This document shows, one piece after another, positions 46,936-56,731 of a DNA stretch of 64,000 bases. Numbering within the stretch: the first letter of the stretch is position 1; every line of letters begins with the position of its first letter. This DNA comes from a virus. The stretch lies in IMG/VR virus record IMGVR_UViG_3300045988_124546; one strand, 5' to 3'. Both the position numbers and the translations under genes were made by a program. The notes under the pieces were generated by a model, which made no database searches, was not told where the DNA came from, and saw only the letters and a list, made by a program, of their open reading frames with translations.

Positions 46936-47430
46936 CTATTTCAACCTGCCGTAGCTCATATCAGGATCACACCAGACATACCCGTCTTTCTCATCATGAA
47001 GATACTCAGGACATCCTCTGCATGCGCTACTGCCTGACACTATTTGATTGTTTTTGTTAGGGCACTTATCTCCAGGCTTATGCCATTCTATTCTCGAACC
47101 TGATCGCTCTTTGTTTACATGACAGAATTGAAAGATTTTCCCCATCGTCTTCTCGCCAAACATACCTATATGTGTGTATTCTTCCGGTATAGAGAGAAAT
47201 TCAGATAAATCTTTATACATCCTTTCCCGTTCCTCCGGCGTAGACCATAGTCTGTCAAGTTCGGCATGGACCCTTATCTTAAGAGACCTCAGTGATGGCC
47301 CTGCAAGCCGGCCTTTAGCTTTTCCCTTATTCGGCCCTGATTCATGAACACCGACATAAGCATTGCATGGTTTACACATCATAACCATCCCTAAGTCTTT
47401 TCTGCTATATATTTTATCGGCATTGACCAA
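46936..47430 (-). CDS. Cys-rich hypothetical protein (164 aa; CKPC...CRGC motifs)
   Basis: ORF with two CxxC pairs. Confidence 0.55.
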   Translation of the reverse strand: MVNADKIYSRKDLGMVMMCKPCNAYVGVHESGPNKGKAKGRLAGPSLRSLKIRVHAELDRLWSTPEERERMYKDLSEFLSIPEEYTHIGMFGEKTMGKIFQFCHVNKERSGSRIEWHKPGDKCPNKNNQIVSGSSACRGCPEYLHDEKDGYVWCDPDMSYGRLK

Positions 47431-47468
47431 CTCGGTTTCTCTTCCACAATAAGGACAAATTTCGCCTC

Positions 47469-47744
47469 TTAAAACCCGTTATTGGCGCTCATTAAGTTCC
47501 ATACCCTATTCTTTTGTTTTTCTTTAAACTTTTCATACAAACTGCTCTCAGTTTCCATTTCCGAAATCTCTACCTCTACGTCCTCTCTTTTGAAAATTAC
47601 TTTCTTGGCTGTCGGATACGCACATTTAGAGATACGAATAGCATTACGAATAGCGTAAACAAAATACGTTTCTGGTGATGATTCGATCACCACTACCTCA
47701 TTTAAAGTGTTTTTGTAATTTTCCATATTATCTACTTGCTTCAA
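47469..47744 (-). CDS. Hypothetical protein (91 aa)
   Basis: ORF. Confidence 0.5.
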   Translation of the reverse strand: MKQVDNMENYKNTLNEVVVIESSPETYFVYAIRNAIRISKCAYPTAKKVIFKREDVEVEISEMETESSLYEKFKEKQKNRVWNLMSANNGF

Positions 47745-48081
47745 TTATATAACCCGGATGATCTTCACACGCCTTTTTATATTCGATAAGAAACTTAAGA
47801 AATGAATCATAAGACCCCCATCCATTTTCTGGCTCGTATTTCAAAAGACTTTTTCTCTTGGAGATCATAATACATATACCTTTTGTAAGTACATTCTTCA
47901 TCTCATCGGTATCTATTTCCCTACCCAATTTTTCTGGTCTCCAAACATAATCGTACAGCGTTTCTTTATTTTCTGATACGAATATTCTTTGTGCCATCTT
48001 GTTCATGTTGTGGGTGATGTTCGCAACCCATTCACGATCCTCTTCTTTCTTCTTACTTTTAATATAAACGTCCAGGCTCAT
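47728..48081 (-). CDS. Hypothetical protein (117 aa)
   Basis: ORF. Confidence 0.5.
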   Translation of the reverse strand: MSLDVYIKSKKKEEDREWVANITHNMNKMAQRIFVSENKETLYDYVWRPEKLGREIDTDEMKNVLTKGICIMISKRKSLLKYEPENGWGSYDSFLKFLIEYKKACEDHPGYIIEASR

Positions 48082-49072
48082 ACTGTTTTTCTTTTACCTT
48101 GTTACTAATTATCAAATCTGCCACATCATCTCCGTCCCCTACATTTTCAACATTTTGAAGATAGTCCGATACTTTTATCCTTGACTTCATCATCATCCCA
48201 TCTATCTTTTTACTCCATGTCTCAAATGCTTGTCCTTTGTCCGGAAAAGCTACAGTCTTTCTATCTTTTAAAACATCTATCACTTCCGGCCTTAGATTCT
48301 GCAACCCACCGGTAGCTACAAATAACTCATCTGGTTTATTCACAGCGCATATAATAGCCGTCTTTTCTGATTCCACCAAATTAACCACCTTATCCGGATA
48401 CTGGCTTAGAAGATGTTCTCCAAACAGGCATTGTCTAAACAAGAAGTCTCTTGCATGCAACGAGTGATAAAACATAACATGAGGCCGCTCATTGTCACCG
48501 TCTTTTTCCTTCACTCTTTTTACATCAATCTCATTCCCCTGGCTGTCGGTCTTTATACAAAAGTCCATGATCTTGCCGGTTCTGCATACAAAATCTTTGT
48601 CTATCTGCCAGAATATACAACACCCTTTCCATCCCCATAAGTCCATTGTTCCGACATGATACCTTCTGAATACATCAGATACCCTTTCTTTTCCCCATAG
48701 AGACGATAAAAATCTAAATACGGTATTTCTATCGTCTGGGACTACAGTCCTCTCAAACTCGCTAAAAGGTATGTAATTTACAACGTCAGGATTTATAGGA
48801 GGACGATAAGCTCTTATACACTTATTTCCCGAAATCCAAAGATCTTTGTCACCTACATCCTTACCAGTGGGTCGTTTATCGTAACCGCAAGTCCGTTCGT
48901 GATCGCATCTTCCGAACTCGTTTCCAACAACCTGACCTGTTGCCACATCAATATAAGGAGTGAGGCACCGGCTTTTCCCGCAAGCCGGGCAGGTCAGCTT
49001 TAGTCGGCTCCTGCCAGGCCTGCGGTCAAGTTGAAACCGGGGTACGTTTTCGTATCTTCTAAAATCAAGCAT
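48059..49072 (-). CDS. Putative DNA primase (N-terminal zinc ribbon CPACGK...C..H....CG plus TOPRIM-like region)
   Basis: Zinc-ribbon motif LTCPACGKSRCLTPY...GRCDHERTCG. TOPRIM-like VNLVESEKTAIICA...VATGG...KTVAFPDKGQ. Sits in the replication module with the DnaB helicase. Confidence 0.45.
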   Translation of the reverse strand: MLDFRRYENVPRFQLDRRPGRSRLKLTCPACGKSRCLTPYIDVATGQVVGNEFGRCDHERTCGYDKRPTGKDVGDKDLWISGNKCIRAYRPPINPDVVNYIPFSEFERTVVPDDRNTVFRFLSSLWGKERVSDVFRRYHVGTMDLWGWKGCCIFWQIDKDFVCRTGKIMDFCIKTDSQGNEIDVKRVKEKDGDNERPHVMFYHSLHARDFLFRQCLFGEHLLSQYPDKVVNLVESEKTAIICAVNKPDELFVATGGLQNLRPEVIDVLKDRKTVAFPDKGQAFETWSKKIDGMMMKSRIKVSDYLQNVENVGDGDDVADLIISNKVKEKQYEPGRLY

Positions 49073-49081
49073 AATGCTTAT

Positions 49082-50398
49082 TTATATTACAAATCTTTTA
49101 GACATTTCCTCAGCAATATCATATACGACAATATGATCCTCTTCATTGTAAGGCTTATTGATATTCAGCACTCCCTTTCTCACTTTGAACCTCTTGTCTT
49201 TTCTGATATGATTCAACATCCCTTGTTGGAATACACAGTCTGCCTTCTCCATAGCAGCATTTTTATCAGACCATTCTTTTAGCGTATAACCTTTACTGTT
49301 CGTGCTTTTTGGAGAAAAATTCATAATACGTGCATCAATTCCGTACCAGTTTTTAACCATTCTCCTTTCAGCCTCCAATTGAAAAGCATGTTCATTTCGT
49401 ATGTCACCTGATTTAAAATCTAAGATAACAATCTCTTCTTTCTCCACTTCTCTCACTTCCTTCTTCGGATCTCCTTTTTTGAACTGCCCCGTAGCCCTTT
49501 GATACACGGCTCCAAAATAACCTTCTTCTTTGTACTTGAATGTCATTTTAACCATCGCATCTATCGGCGTAGCTACCAAATAATCTTCTAATGATAATAT
49601 TCTTTCAATCATCATCGGCTTAACCTTATACTCCGAACAAAACTTAGCAAACTTCATAACTCTGACAATCATATCGTCAAGATCATCTATGCTACCAAAG
49701 AATTTGTCAAGATTCTTTTTTGATATTTTAAGCTTGCCTTCTTGCACTGTCTTAACTATAAAACTTCGATTTAAGACCATATCTCTACCCGTCAAGTACA
49801 ATCCGTATAGGTAGTGCATGATCGTTCCTTTATCTGCATCATATTCTGATACTTCTTCCGGGTTGCGACCAATCATCCTCATCTCCTGTCTCCATTCTTG
49901 AAGAGCCGTCTTGTCATCTACGAATCCGTCTCTAATCATGGTTGTTACCGAAGCATATATCTTGGCTGTCCCATCGTCCATCTTTCTTACATAAAAACGA
50001 TTACCGTCTAATGTCAATCTTACGAATTTGGGAGTCTCAATCTTCTTTAACTCATCACAGATATAAAACGGCTCTAACGTTTCCTGATTTTCTGTAAACG
50101 GATTCGAATCTTCTTCTCCAGGGTTAGAAGCGGCTTCCTCCGCCGGAGCTTCCGGTTCCTCCTTCTGGGCCTGCTCTGTCTCAGGCGCCGGCTCTTCAAC
50201 TACTGGAACCTGTCCGCCTCTTTCTGCTATGTCTCTGTTCTTTATTAAAGACATAACCTCCTTCTTCAACTGCTCTGGTGTTTGGTTAGGATCTGACACC
50301 GACATCACAACATCGTTCATTCTAAACAACGTATTTCCTTCTCCTTCCACCATAGGGACAAATCCTAAATCTGTCAATATTTTTATTTTCTCTTTCAT
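49082..50398 (-). CDS. Hypothetical protein (438 aa) with acidic Pro/Glu-rich linker; possible PD-(D/E)XK-like motifs (PIDAM...ILDFKSG...QLEA)
   Basis: ORF. Motif assignment tentative. Confidence 0.55.
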   Translation of the reverse strand: MKEKIKILTDLGFVPMVEGEGNTLFRMNDVVMSVSDPNQTPEQLKKEVMSLIKNRDIAERGGQVPVVEEPAPETEQAQKEEPEAPAEEAASNPGEEDSNPFTENQETLEPFYICDELKKIETPKFVRLTLDGNRFYVRKMDDGTAKIYASVTTMIRDGFVDDKTALQEWRQEMRMIGRNPEEVSEYDADKGTIMHYLYGLYLTGRDMVLNRSFIVKTVQEGKLKISKKNLDKFFGSIDDLDDMIVRVMKFAKFCSEYKVKPMMIERILSLEDYLVATPIDAMVKMTFKYKEEGYFGAVYQRATGQFKKGDPKKEVREVEKEEIVILDFKSGDIRNEHAFQLEAERRMVKNWYGIDARIMNFSPKSTNSKGYTLKEWSDKNAAMEKADCVFQQGMLNHIRKDKRFKVRKGVLNINKPYNEEDHIVVYDIAEEMSKRFVI

Positions 50399-50580
50399 GA
50401 TCTTCCTCTAATCAATTCTTCTTTAATACAATGTAACACTGTTTCCACTTCATCTTTATCTCTATCTTTCACTGCGATAGCTATATCCTTACCATAACTT
50501 TCTCTCTGTATGTGAGCATAAAAGATAGTTTCATCGTCAGCTTCTATTCTTATTTTATAAAGTTTTCTCATATCTGTCAA
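50395..50580 (-). CDS. Small hypothetical protein (61 aa)
   Basis: ORF. Confidence 0.4.
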   Translation of the reverse strand: MTDMRKLYKIRIEADDETIFYAHIQRESYGKDIAIAVKDRDKDEVETVLHCIKEELIRGRS

Positions 50581-51079
50581 TTATTTCAATAATTAATCTA
50601 CCTCTTTCTTTAATCATTCCCCTGCTTTCCATATCCAGCACCTTCTTTACCGCATACTTCCACACAAAAGGAAATTCTGTTTCAAGTTTATCAAATTCCA
50701 TCCGGTCAAGATACATGTCGAATACCGTATGCTCTGATTCATGAAGGAAAACTATATTATCCCTGCAAGTGGCAACCGACTTATATAACCTTTTCGGAAG
50801 TATGTGACAGACGTTACATACTGTAGGAAAATGAATAGCTTTACCAGTCATAGACATTCGAATAGTACTCAACTCCTCCAACATAAGACGAAAAAACCCG
50901 GATAAATCCGGGTTCTCTAACTTTTTCTTCTTGCTGCTGTTTTTAATGGATGTAATTCTGTTTTTTTTCTTCGGAGTCAACTCTTTGCTCCTGCAAGCCT
51001 GGCATAAGCCATGACTTCTTATCATCACTTTTCGTCCACATCGTTCGCAGACGTATAGCTTCTTTTCCTTGCTTTCCAT
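50555..51079 (-). CDS. Zinc-ribbon protein (174 aa; CERCGR...CQACRS)
   Basis: ORF with N-terminal CxxC...CxxC. Confidence 0.5.
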   Translation of the reverse strand: MESKEKKLYVCERCGRKVMIRSHGLCQACRSKELTPKKKNRITSIKNSSKKKKLENPDLSGFFRLMLEELSTIRMSMTGKAIHFPTVCNVCHILPKRLYKSVATCRDNIVFLHESEHTVFDMYLDRMEFDKLETEFPFVWKYAVKKVLDMESRGMIKERGRLIIEIIDRYEKTL

Positions 51080-51264
51080 TCGAATAATAATGATATTATT
51101 GAAAAGAACAATCCCGCTGAAGCCAGTAGATAAGGTACGTTCATTAATAATTTAGATACCTCGTCTGTCTTAATCACTATCAGAAGGAAAGCGCCTGCTG
51201 AAAGCAATGATATTATCGCCACAACAAGCGCTATGTTGGAAACTACATCAGCCTTACTCTTCAC
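51025..51264 (-). CDS. Small two-TM membrane protein (79 aa)
   Basis: Two hydrophobic helices (IALVVAIISLLSAGAFLLIVI; LLASAGLFFSIISLLF). Overlaps neighbour by 55 nt in another frame. Confidence 0.4.
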   Translation of the reverse strand: MKSKADVVSNIALVVAIISLLSAGAFLLIVIKTDEVSKLLMNVPYLLASAGLFFSIISLLFEWKARKRSYTSANDVDEK

Positions 51265-51724
51265 TCTTCTTCTCGCCTAATTTTTCAGCTCCCTTCTGAA
51301 GATCGTATTTGAATACGTCAATGATCTTCGTTTCAGCAATAGCTTCGCAATTCCAGTCTCCTAACGTGCCCTGCATACCTTTAGTTAACACAGCCTCAGC
51401 GTCTTTCGGATTGCCGGCCTGGACATACATATAGCATGGCGTTTTCTTTTCTTTACCTTTCTTTTCATCCAGTGTAATGTAATTCACCTTACACTTATAC
51501 CAGTACTCAGCTTCTCCGTTGAAGAAGATTTCCGACACTTTAATAGGATTTATTTTAATAATGTCGAACACTTGAAATAAATCCTTGAAAATCTCTAAAG
51601 ATCTTGATTCTGCCTCTGTATAAGACAAGGCATCTACCAAATACTTTTCAGTTACTTTCTTTTTTTTGCCGTTCTCGATATTATCAATCTCGGCTTTTAC
51701 CGTAATTTCAAACCAGCGATTCAT
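51254..51724 (-). CDS. Hypothetical protein (156 aa)
   Basis: ORF. Confidence 0.55.
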   Translation of the reverse strand: MNRWFEITVKAEIDNIENGKKKKVTEKYLVDALSYTEAESRSLEIFKDLFQVFDIIKINPIKVSEIFFNGEAEYWYKCKVNYITLDEKKGKEKKTPCYMYVQAGNPKDAEAVLTKGMQGTLGDWNCEAIAETKIIDVFKYDLQKGAEKLGEKKSEE

Positions 51725-51735
51725 TGTATTAATAT

Positions 51736-52011
51736 TTAATTAGTTGATTTCTTTCCTTTCTCTATACTATTTTTAAATCTTTCAGAACACCACTGCAAAA
51801 CATCCATCATCATCATCTCATTATTAGATAAGATGCCTTTTATAATTAACGCCAATTGATGCTGTGACATTCTTAGGCTCATATCAAATCTTCTTTCCTC
51901 TTCATTTACTATCGTGGCTACGAAATACTTACACCCCTCTAAGTGCGTCAGGGCTTCAATCATAGCTTCTTTTATCTCTTTTTCTTCCATTCTGTTTGTT
52001 TTTTTGGACAA
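51736..52011 (-). CDS. Hypothetical protein (91 aa)
   Basis: ORF. Confidence 0.5.
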   Translation of the reverse strand: MSKKTNRMEEKEIKEAMIEALTHLEGCKYFVATIVNEEERRFDMSLRMSQHQLALIIKGILSNNEMMMMDVLQWCSERFKNSIEKGKKSTN

Positions 52012-52066
52012 AGATATGTCTTTTGATAATAAAAAAGATTCAAAATGATTTAATTTAGCTTAATTA

Positions 52067-52732
52067 CTACTCTTTTGATTCGTCCGGCATAGGCATGTCA
52101 AACTTTTTCCTGATAAACGATTCTGTTTCTTCATTGAATGGATAGGCCTCCTTGATAAAATTCATAGCTACCTCCATGTCACCGTCTGCTATATCTTTAT
52201 ACCTTTCAAAGATACCAACCAGGTCATTGTTGTATGAACGTTCTTGTTTTATGTTGTACACGTATTTCAATACCCTGTCTTTGATTTCATTGGCTTTTTT
52301 CACAGTATCATTGAAAGAATTTATACTTTCCAATTCTGGATCTTTGTTTTCCTTGTTTACCTTATCAAACTCTTCCTTGCTATATCCCGCTTCTCCTGTA
52401 ATGGCTGGGCAAACACTTCCATTTATGATCCAAAACTGCTCATACGATCCTATCAGAAACTTTGATTCCATTTTAAATGCATTATATTTAATAAGCAAAT
52501 TAGCCACCTCTGTTGCACCTTCTATGGTTCTAAAACCGATGCCGATATCTTTTAACATAAATACTGGAACTCCAGTTCTTGGATACACGACTTCTTTTTT
52601 GTTCTTTATATTCCAGTTTTTAGCTTCAATTGGAATACCTTTACCAGCAAGCTCTTTGTCTATATACAGATATATCTCTTTGCATGTCAATGACACAATC
52701 TCATCTCTGCTTAAATCAAAAACTGTTTTCAT
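52067..52732 (-). CDS. Hypothetical protein (221 aa)
   Basis: ORF. Antisense 200-aa ORF 52152..52754 judged spurious. Confidence 0.6.
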   Translation of the reverse strand: MKTVFDLSRDEIVSLTCKEIYLYIDKELAGKGIPIEAKNWNIKNKKEVVYPRTGVPVFMLKDIGIGFRTIEGATEVANLLIKYNAFKMESKFLIGSYEQFWIINGSVCPAITGEAGYSKEEFDKVNKENKDPELESINSFNDTVKKANEIKDRVLKYVYNIKQERSYNNDLVGIFERYKDIADGDMEVAMNFIKEAYPFNEETESFIRKKFDMPMPDESKE

Positions 52733-52932
52733 TTATTTTTATTTATTAAATTAAACAATCTACCTCTTTGTTCGGGCTCCGTATATTCAACCCATATATC
52801 GGCTGCCACATTTCTAAGAAATTCCATAAAGTCTTGATGATCCCTGTATTCAGCAGAATCAACTTTTCTCACAAAACTTAGAATTTCCTTTAACATCTTA
52901 TTGTTTTCTTCAAGAAGTTCTCTGTCGGTCAT
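52729..52932 (-). CDS. Small hypothetical protein (67 aa)
   Basis: ORF, 4-nt overlap. Confidence 0.45.
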   Translation of the reverse strand: MTDRELLEENNKMLKEILSFVRKVDSAEYRDHQDFMEFLRNVAADIWVEYTEPEQRGRLFNLINKNK

Positions 52933-52938
52933 AACCTT

Positions 52939-53148
52939 TCAAATTTTCTTCTTATGGTGTTGATTCTTTACCGCTCCGGCTACCGCCGACAACTCCACGT
53001 CCCTTTCCATTGTTACCCGAAGATCTTCTTCTGTTAAAGAAAAAGACATAGTTAATGTAGGAGTATCCTTAAAATACCAATCACATAATTCTTTTAACTC
53101 TTTACGTTCATCCTCGTTTTTACATTTATGGATGGTAAGGTAATTCAT
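52939..53148 (-). CDS. Small hypothetical protein (69 aa)
   Basis: ORF. Confidence 0.45.
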   Translation of the reverse strand: MNYLTIHKCKNEDERKELKELCDWYFKDTPTLTMSFSLTEEDLRVTMERDVELSAVAGAVKNQHHKKKI

Positions 53149-53239
53149 TCTTTCCTCTTTTTCTTTGTCTGTTAAATCTTTTTTTTCATAACTCTAATTT
53201 TTAAAAGTGAATAATTAATTGAGGTGATTATATACAACT

Positions 53240-53581
53240 TTACACCTTAATTCGATTCCCTAATTTTAAAATAAAAACTTCATTATCCGGTGCACCCCAT
53301 TCCGAGTGACCTTTGCCAATAGAAATGCCATTCAATTTAAATAACATGGTTCGTTTTGTATATCCGTAACGAAAACGGACAGCATCATAATATTTAAGGG
53401 ATGGTTTGCAACAATACTTGCACTTTTCTGAAATATAGATTTTGCAATCCGTGTTTTTATCGTAGCAAGCATAAAATCTTTTGGCCCAATAACTGTTATG
53501 TTCCCGATACTCCTCCTTTTTCTTGCCAGATTCTATCATATTGTACCAAATGGCTTTTAATGGTAAATCAAGTATATTCAT
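53240..53581 (-). CDS. ASCH-domain-like protein (113 aa)
   Basis: N-terminal LPLKAIWYNMIESGKKKEEYRE fits the ASCH GxKxxExR signature. Confidence 0.4.
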   Translation of the reverse strand: MNILDLPLKAIWYNMIESGKKKEEYREHNSYWAKRFYACYDKNTDCKIYISEKCKYCCKPSLKYYDAVRFRYGYTKRTMLFKLNGISIGKGHSEWGAPDNEVFILKLGNRIKV

Positions 53582-53594
53582 ATCTTTTTAAATT

Positions 53595-54014
53595 TTACAG
53601 TATAGATTGAACATATTCCAAATATTCTTGAGCTTGTTCAAGGGATTCGAATTGAGATGTCTCTTCGTTATATAAAGGAGCATAGTTGGCTTGTTTCAAT
53701 AAATTGTCGTAAAACATATTGATGAATATTTTTAATAGATCGGCTGTATTATTCACTGTTCCCATTGCTACTCCATGACATCCATCTCCCATATTTACAT
53801 ATTCGTTACTAAAAGACATCCCACCTTTTATACCATATCGAATTTGAGCGATGTATATGCGTTCGAAATGTACTTCAAACCAAAGATTATGTTCTGATTT
53901 TTCATATTCTTTGATTGATAAGCAGAATATGCCAAAAACAAATTTCAACTCTTCTTTTGTAATTTCTGCCGGATTTTTTGTCAATATTTCTTTAACTTGT
54001 TCTTTCGTTATCAT
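53595..54014 (-). CDS. Hypothetical protein (139 aa)
   Basis: ORF. Confidence 0.55.
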   Translation of the reverse strand: MITKEQVKEILTKNPAEITKEELKFVFGIFCLSIKEYEKSEHNLWFEVHFERIYIAQIRYGIKGGMSFSNEYVNMGDGCHGVAMGTVNNTADLLKIFINMFYDNLLKQANYAPLYNEETSQFESLEQAQEYLEYVQSIL

Positions 54015-54027
54015 GATTCGCTATTTT

Positions 54028-54168
54028 TTAAAGTTTATCTATTATTTTGTTACCCATTTCCTGCCATTCATCACTCACGCTTATAACCAATCCTATGACA
54101 GTGAATGATAATAACAACGTAAAAATAAGCCATAACAGAAAGCAGATAAAAACACATACATACCTCAT
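54028..54168 (-). CDS. Unlisted small hydrophobic ORF (46 aa, MRYVCVFICFLLWLIFTLLLSFTVIGLVISVSDEWQEMGNKIIDKL), single-TM membrane peptide
   Basis: Found by eye in the 160-nt gap between 54014 and 54175. Below track threshold. Confidence 0.25.
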   Translation of the reverse strand: MRYVCVFICFLLWLIFTLLLSFTVIGLVISVSDEWQEMGNKIIDKL

Positions 54169-54174
54169 GATTTT

Positions 54175-54921
54175 TTAGTTGTTAGATAAAAGCAAAATCG
54201 GTTCATTTGACTCCGCAATTGCTTTTATTTGTTCTGGATTGATAAAACTCTTGACTTGTTCACTTATCTTACAAATAGATTTGATCATATCAACGAATAA
54301 TTTTGAGGTGCATTCGTTGCATTCCACTTCCATTACCGGCTTATGTCGATTGTATGATATGCATGTTACATAATTCAGCCAGTGCGCATAAGTTCCTTTT
54401 TCTGTATTTAACCTGTCGTATTCTACTTTTGTCTCTCCATTACCATATTCAATTACTCTTTTTAGAAATGGTTTTGCATAAACACTAAAACCGAAAGGTT
54501 GGGTGTTTAAGGCATCTAAACGAGAGGTTCCATCTCTCCATTTCCCGTTTTCATCACCTCCTGTCCATTCTTTAGAGGCATTAGGGACAATATTTCCATT
54601 TTTGTCATATGAAAACATGCAATTCGTTTCCAGTTGATACTTAATAACAGGCACTTCTTCTACTATTTTATAACTTAAACATCTCCTCAGAACTTCCCTG
54701 ATTTGACTTTCCAAATCAGAAAGTGCTATACTATTGAAATATCCTTCGTTGCCTAATCTGTTTGTAGGTAATTTGATCCCATAAGAATGAATCTTGTCCA
54801 CATCTTCTTTTGACAAGGTAGTGGTAAACACTCCTTCTTTGGTGACATTCACTTTAGCAGTTACAGACAAACTGTTATTAGCGTTCTTTTCCGTTATATT
54901 TAGTGTTGTTAATGCTGCCAT
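54175..54921 (-). CDS. Hypothetical protein (248 aa)
   Basis: ORF. Confidence 0.6.
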   Translation of the reverse strand: MAALTTLNITEKNANNSLSVTAKVNVTKEGVFTTTLSKEDVDKIHSYGIKLPTNRLGNEGYFNSIALSDLESQIREVLRRCLSYKIVEEVPVIKYQLETNCMFSYDKNGNIVPNASKEWTGGDENGKWRDGTSRLDALNTQPFGFSVYAKPFLKRVIEYGNGETKVEYDRLNTEKGTYAHWLNYVTCISYNRHKPVMEVECNECTSKLFVDMIKSICKISEQVKSFINPEQIKAIAESNEPILLLSNN

Positions 54922-54939
54922 AATCAGATCTTTTTAAAA

Positions 54940-55200
54940 TCAATTCGAATAAATATAATACATTCCTGCTTCATATACCTTATGTACATCAGGGTCATTC
55001 TTGTCTTCCTGTTCCAATTCACTCTCTTCACAAGTATAATCCCATTCAGAGTTGTAGTACATATCCTCGTCTGTTTTCTCCAAGGAACAATCTTTCATTA
55101 GATTCATATTTTCTCCCCATACTGCAACTTCTTGTCGTTGCTCTTCTTCTGTCATAAGAGATATTTTGTCTTTCAATTCTTTCCAAGTCATGATTTTCAA
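54940..55200 (-). CDS. Acidic small protein (86 aa)
   Basis: ORF. Confidence 0.5.
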   Translation of the reverse strand: MKIMTWKELKDKISLMTEEEQRQEVAVWGENMNLMKDCSLEKTDEDMYYNSEWDYTCEESELEQEDKNDPDVHKVYEAGMYYIYSN

Positions 55201-55215
55201 AAGATGATTAATAGT

Positions 55216-55599
55216 TTATTCTACATCAAAAAGCTGATCTAACACCAATAATTCGGCATCCATATCTTCATCTTTCGGAAAACGAACTTTTATGTTTCCG
55301 AACTTAGATGTCTTGAATAAGATGTAAGGATTCATGTCTTCGGCAGTCACCGGCTTATATTCCTTAACTTCCGACATCTTGAGATACCAGTCGCCTATTT
55401 TTACAAATCCGGAGAAGACAGAACACAGATGCGCTTTTACAGACTGTATCTCCTTTTTATCTTTGAAAGGTATAATTTCCTCCTTTCCCCTTATCCTGAT
55501 TGACAGGAAAGGACGAATGTTATCTGTTTCATTTTGGAACTTGAAGCCTGTTATGGCTTGCTTTGGGATTCTTCTCCCCATTAATACAAAATAGCTCAT
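55216..55599 (-). CDS. Hypothetical protein (127 aa)
   Basis: ORF. Confidence 0.55.
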   Translation of the reverse strand: MSYFVLMGRRIPKQAITGFKFQNETDNIRPFLSIRIRGKEEIIPFKDKKEIQSVKAHLCSVFSGFVKIGDWYLKMSEVKEYKPVTAEDMNPYILFKTSKFGNIKVRFPKDEDMDAELLVLDQLFDVE

Positions 55600-55601
55600 T
55601 G

Positions 55602-55910
55602 TTATAAGTGATTTTGTTTTATGTCAGGTAAGTAATTTGTAATAACATCAAGTGATATCCATAACTCTGGCTCTATGCTGTTTTTTATTCTATCACTGAA
55701 AAGAGAATTATCATCACAATCACAATGAGAGATTGTGATATAACAATCTTGATAATCCCACCAATGAGCCGATTTAAAATCGTCTCCTCCATTCCAAAAC
55801 CCTATTCTTATACCTCTTGGGTTGAAATCTTCATCTATCCAACTTGGGTGATAAGCCAACACTTCTTCTCCCTCTGAAGGTTTTTCCTCTTTGAATTTCT
55901 TCCAGTTCAT
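55602..55910 (-). CDS. Hypothetical protein (102 aa)
   Basis: ORF. Confidence 0.5.
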   Translation of the reverse strand: MNWKKFKEEKPSEGEEVLAYHPSWIDEDFNPRGIRIGFWNGGDDFKSAHWWDYQDCYITISHCDCDDNSLFSDRIKNSIEPELWISLDVITNYLPDIKQNHL

Positions 55911-55921
55911 CTCACCTTTAA

Positions 55922-56719
55922 TTAGTTAGACACAAATGTACAAGTTTTATTAAGATACCCTTCTGTCATCTCTATGAAATTCACACAATCTAATTTACTT
56001 AATTTGTAAATCAATGCCGGATTGTGTATTATGGCTATAATTTGTGTTTGTGGTTTATGAAATGACAATACATTGTGAATCTGCATTATGTTGTCAATGT
56101 CAAGATTCCTGTCTGGCTCATCCATGAGAACCGTGTATTCAAAACTGCTTTCTGTTAATGTTATGCGGTTTCTTTTATAATACTTCAACAGGTTATCAAT
56201 TCTTTTAATCCAAAACGCATTTGATTTTTTCTTGTATTCTACAAGATCTTGTATTGGAAACGTATAATCCTTTTGACCGAACATTAAATTGAAAAGTGAT
56301 TCCAATGATAACACCACTTTCTCTCCATAAGATCTTCTAATATTATTCACATACAAATCTAAGTTGCTGATGTTTTTCAATACGCTATCTCGATTCATCT
56401 CCGCCGATGGCAATAAACGGAATACTTTCCCTGCATAATCGGATGATATATCAATCCCATCAAGAACCTTATCATCATCATCAAATATAGGTGGAAAATC
56501 CAGTGCCTCGGTCGGTATTTCAGAGCACATGGACTTCTCGCATAACGCATACATTGACATGATGTTAAGCAAAGTTGATTTTCCACTACCGTTTTTACCT
56601 ATAATTACATTCACTCCTGGCTTGAAAATAAATTCTCTACCATTTTCAAACGCTTCTATGTCAGAAGCATATTCAAATGGAGTTTTTGTATTGTCTTTTA
56701 TTTTTACCGATGTTATCAT
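55922..56719 (-). CDS. Compact ABC-type (AAA_21-like) ATPase
   Basis: Walker A GKNGSGKST; signature-like SYGEK; Walker B/D-loop TVLMDEPDRNLD; H-loop AIIHNP. Confidence 0.7.
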   Translation of the reverse strand: MITSVKIKDNTKTPFEYASDIEAFENGREFIFKPGVNVIIGKNGSGKSTLLNIMSMYALCEKSMCSEIPTEALDFPPIFDDDDKVLDGIDISSDYAGKVFRLLPSAEMNRDSVLKNISNLDLYVNNIRRSYGEKVVLSLESLFNLMFGQKDYTFPIQDLVEYKKKSNAFWIKRIDNLLKYYKRNRITLTESSFEYTVLMDEPDRNLDIDNIMQIHNVLSFHKPQTQIIAIIHNPALIYKLSKLDCVNFIEMTEGYLNKTCTFVSN

Positions 56720-56731
56720 ATGTAATCCTTT

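Noticed and set aside
52152-52754. 200-aa plus-strand ORF
   Set aside because: Antisense within the minus-strand operon, overlapping 52067..52732 almost completely. Hydrophobic/low-complexity translation typical of AT-rich antisense frames.
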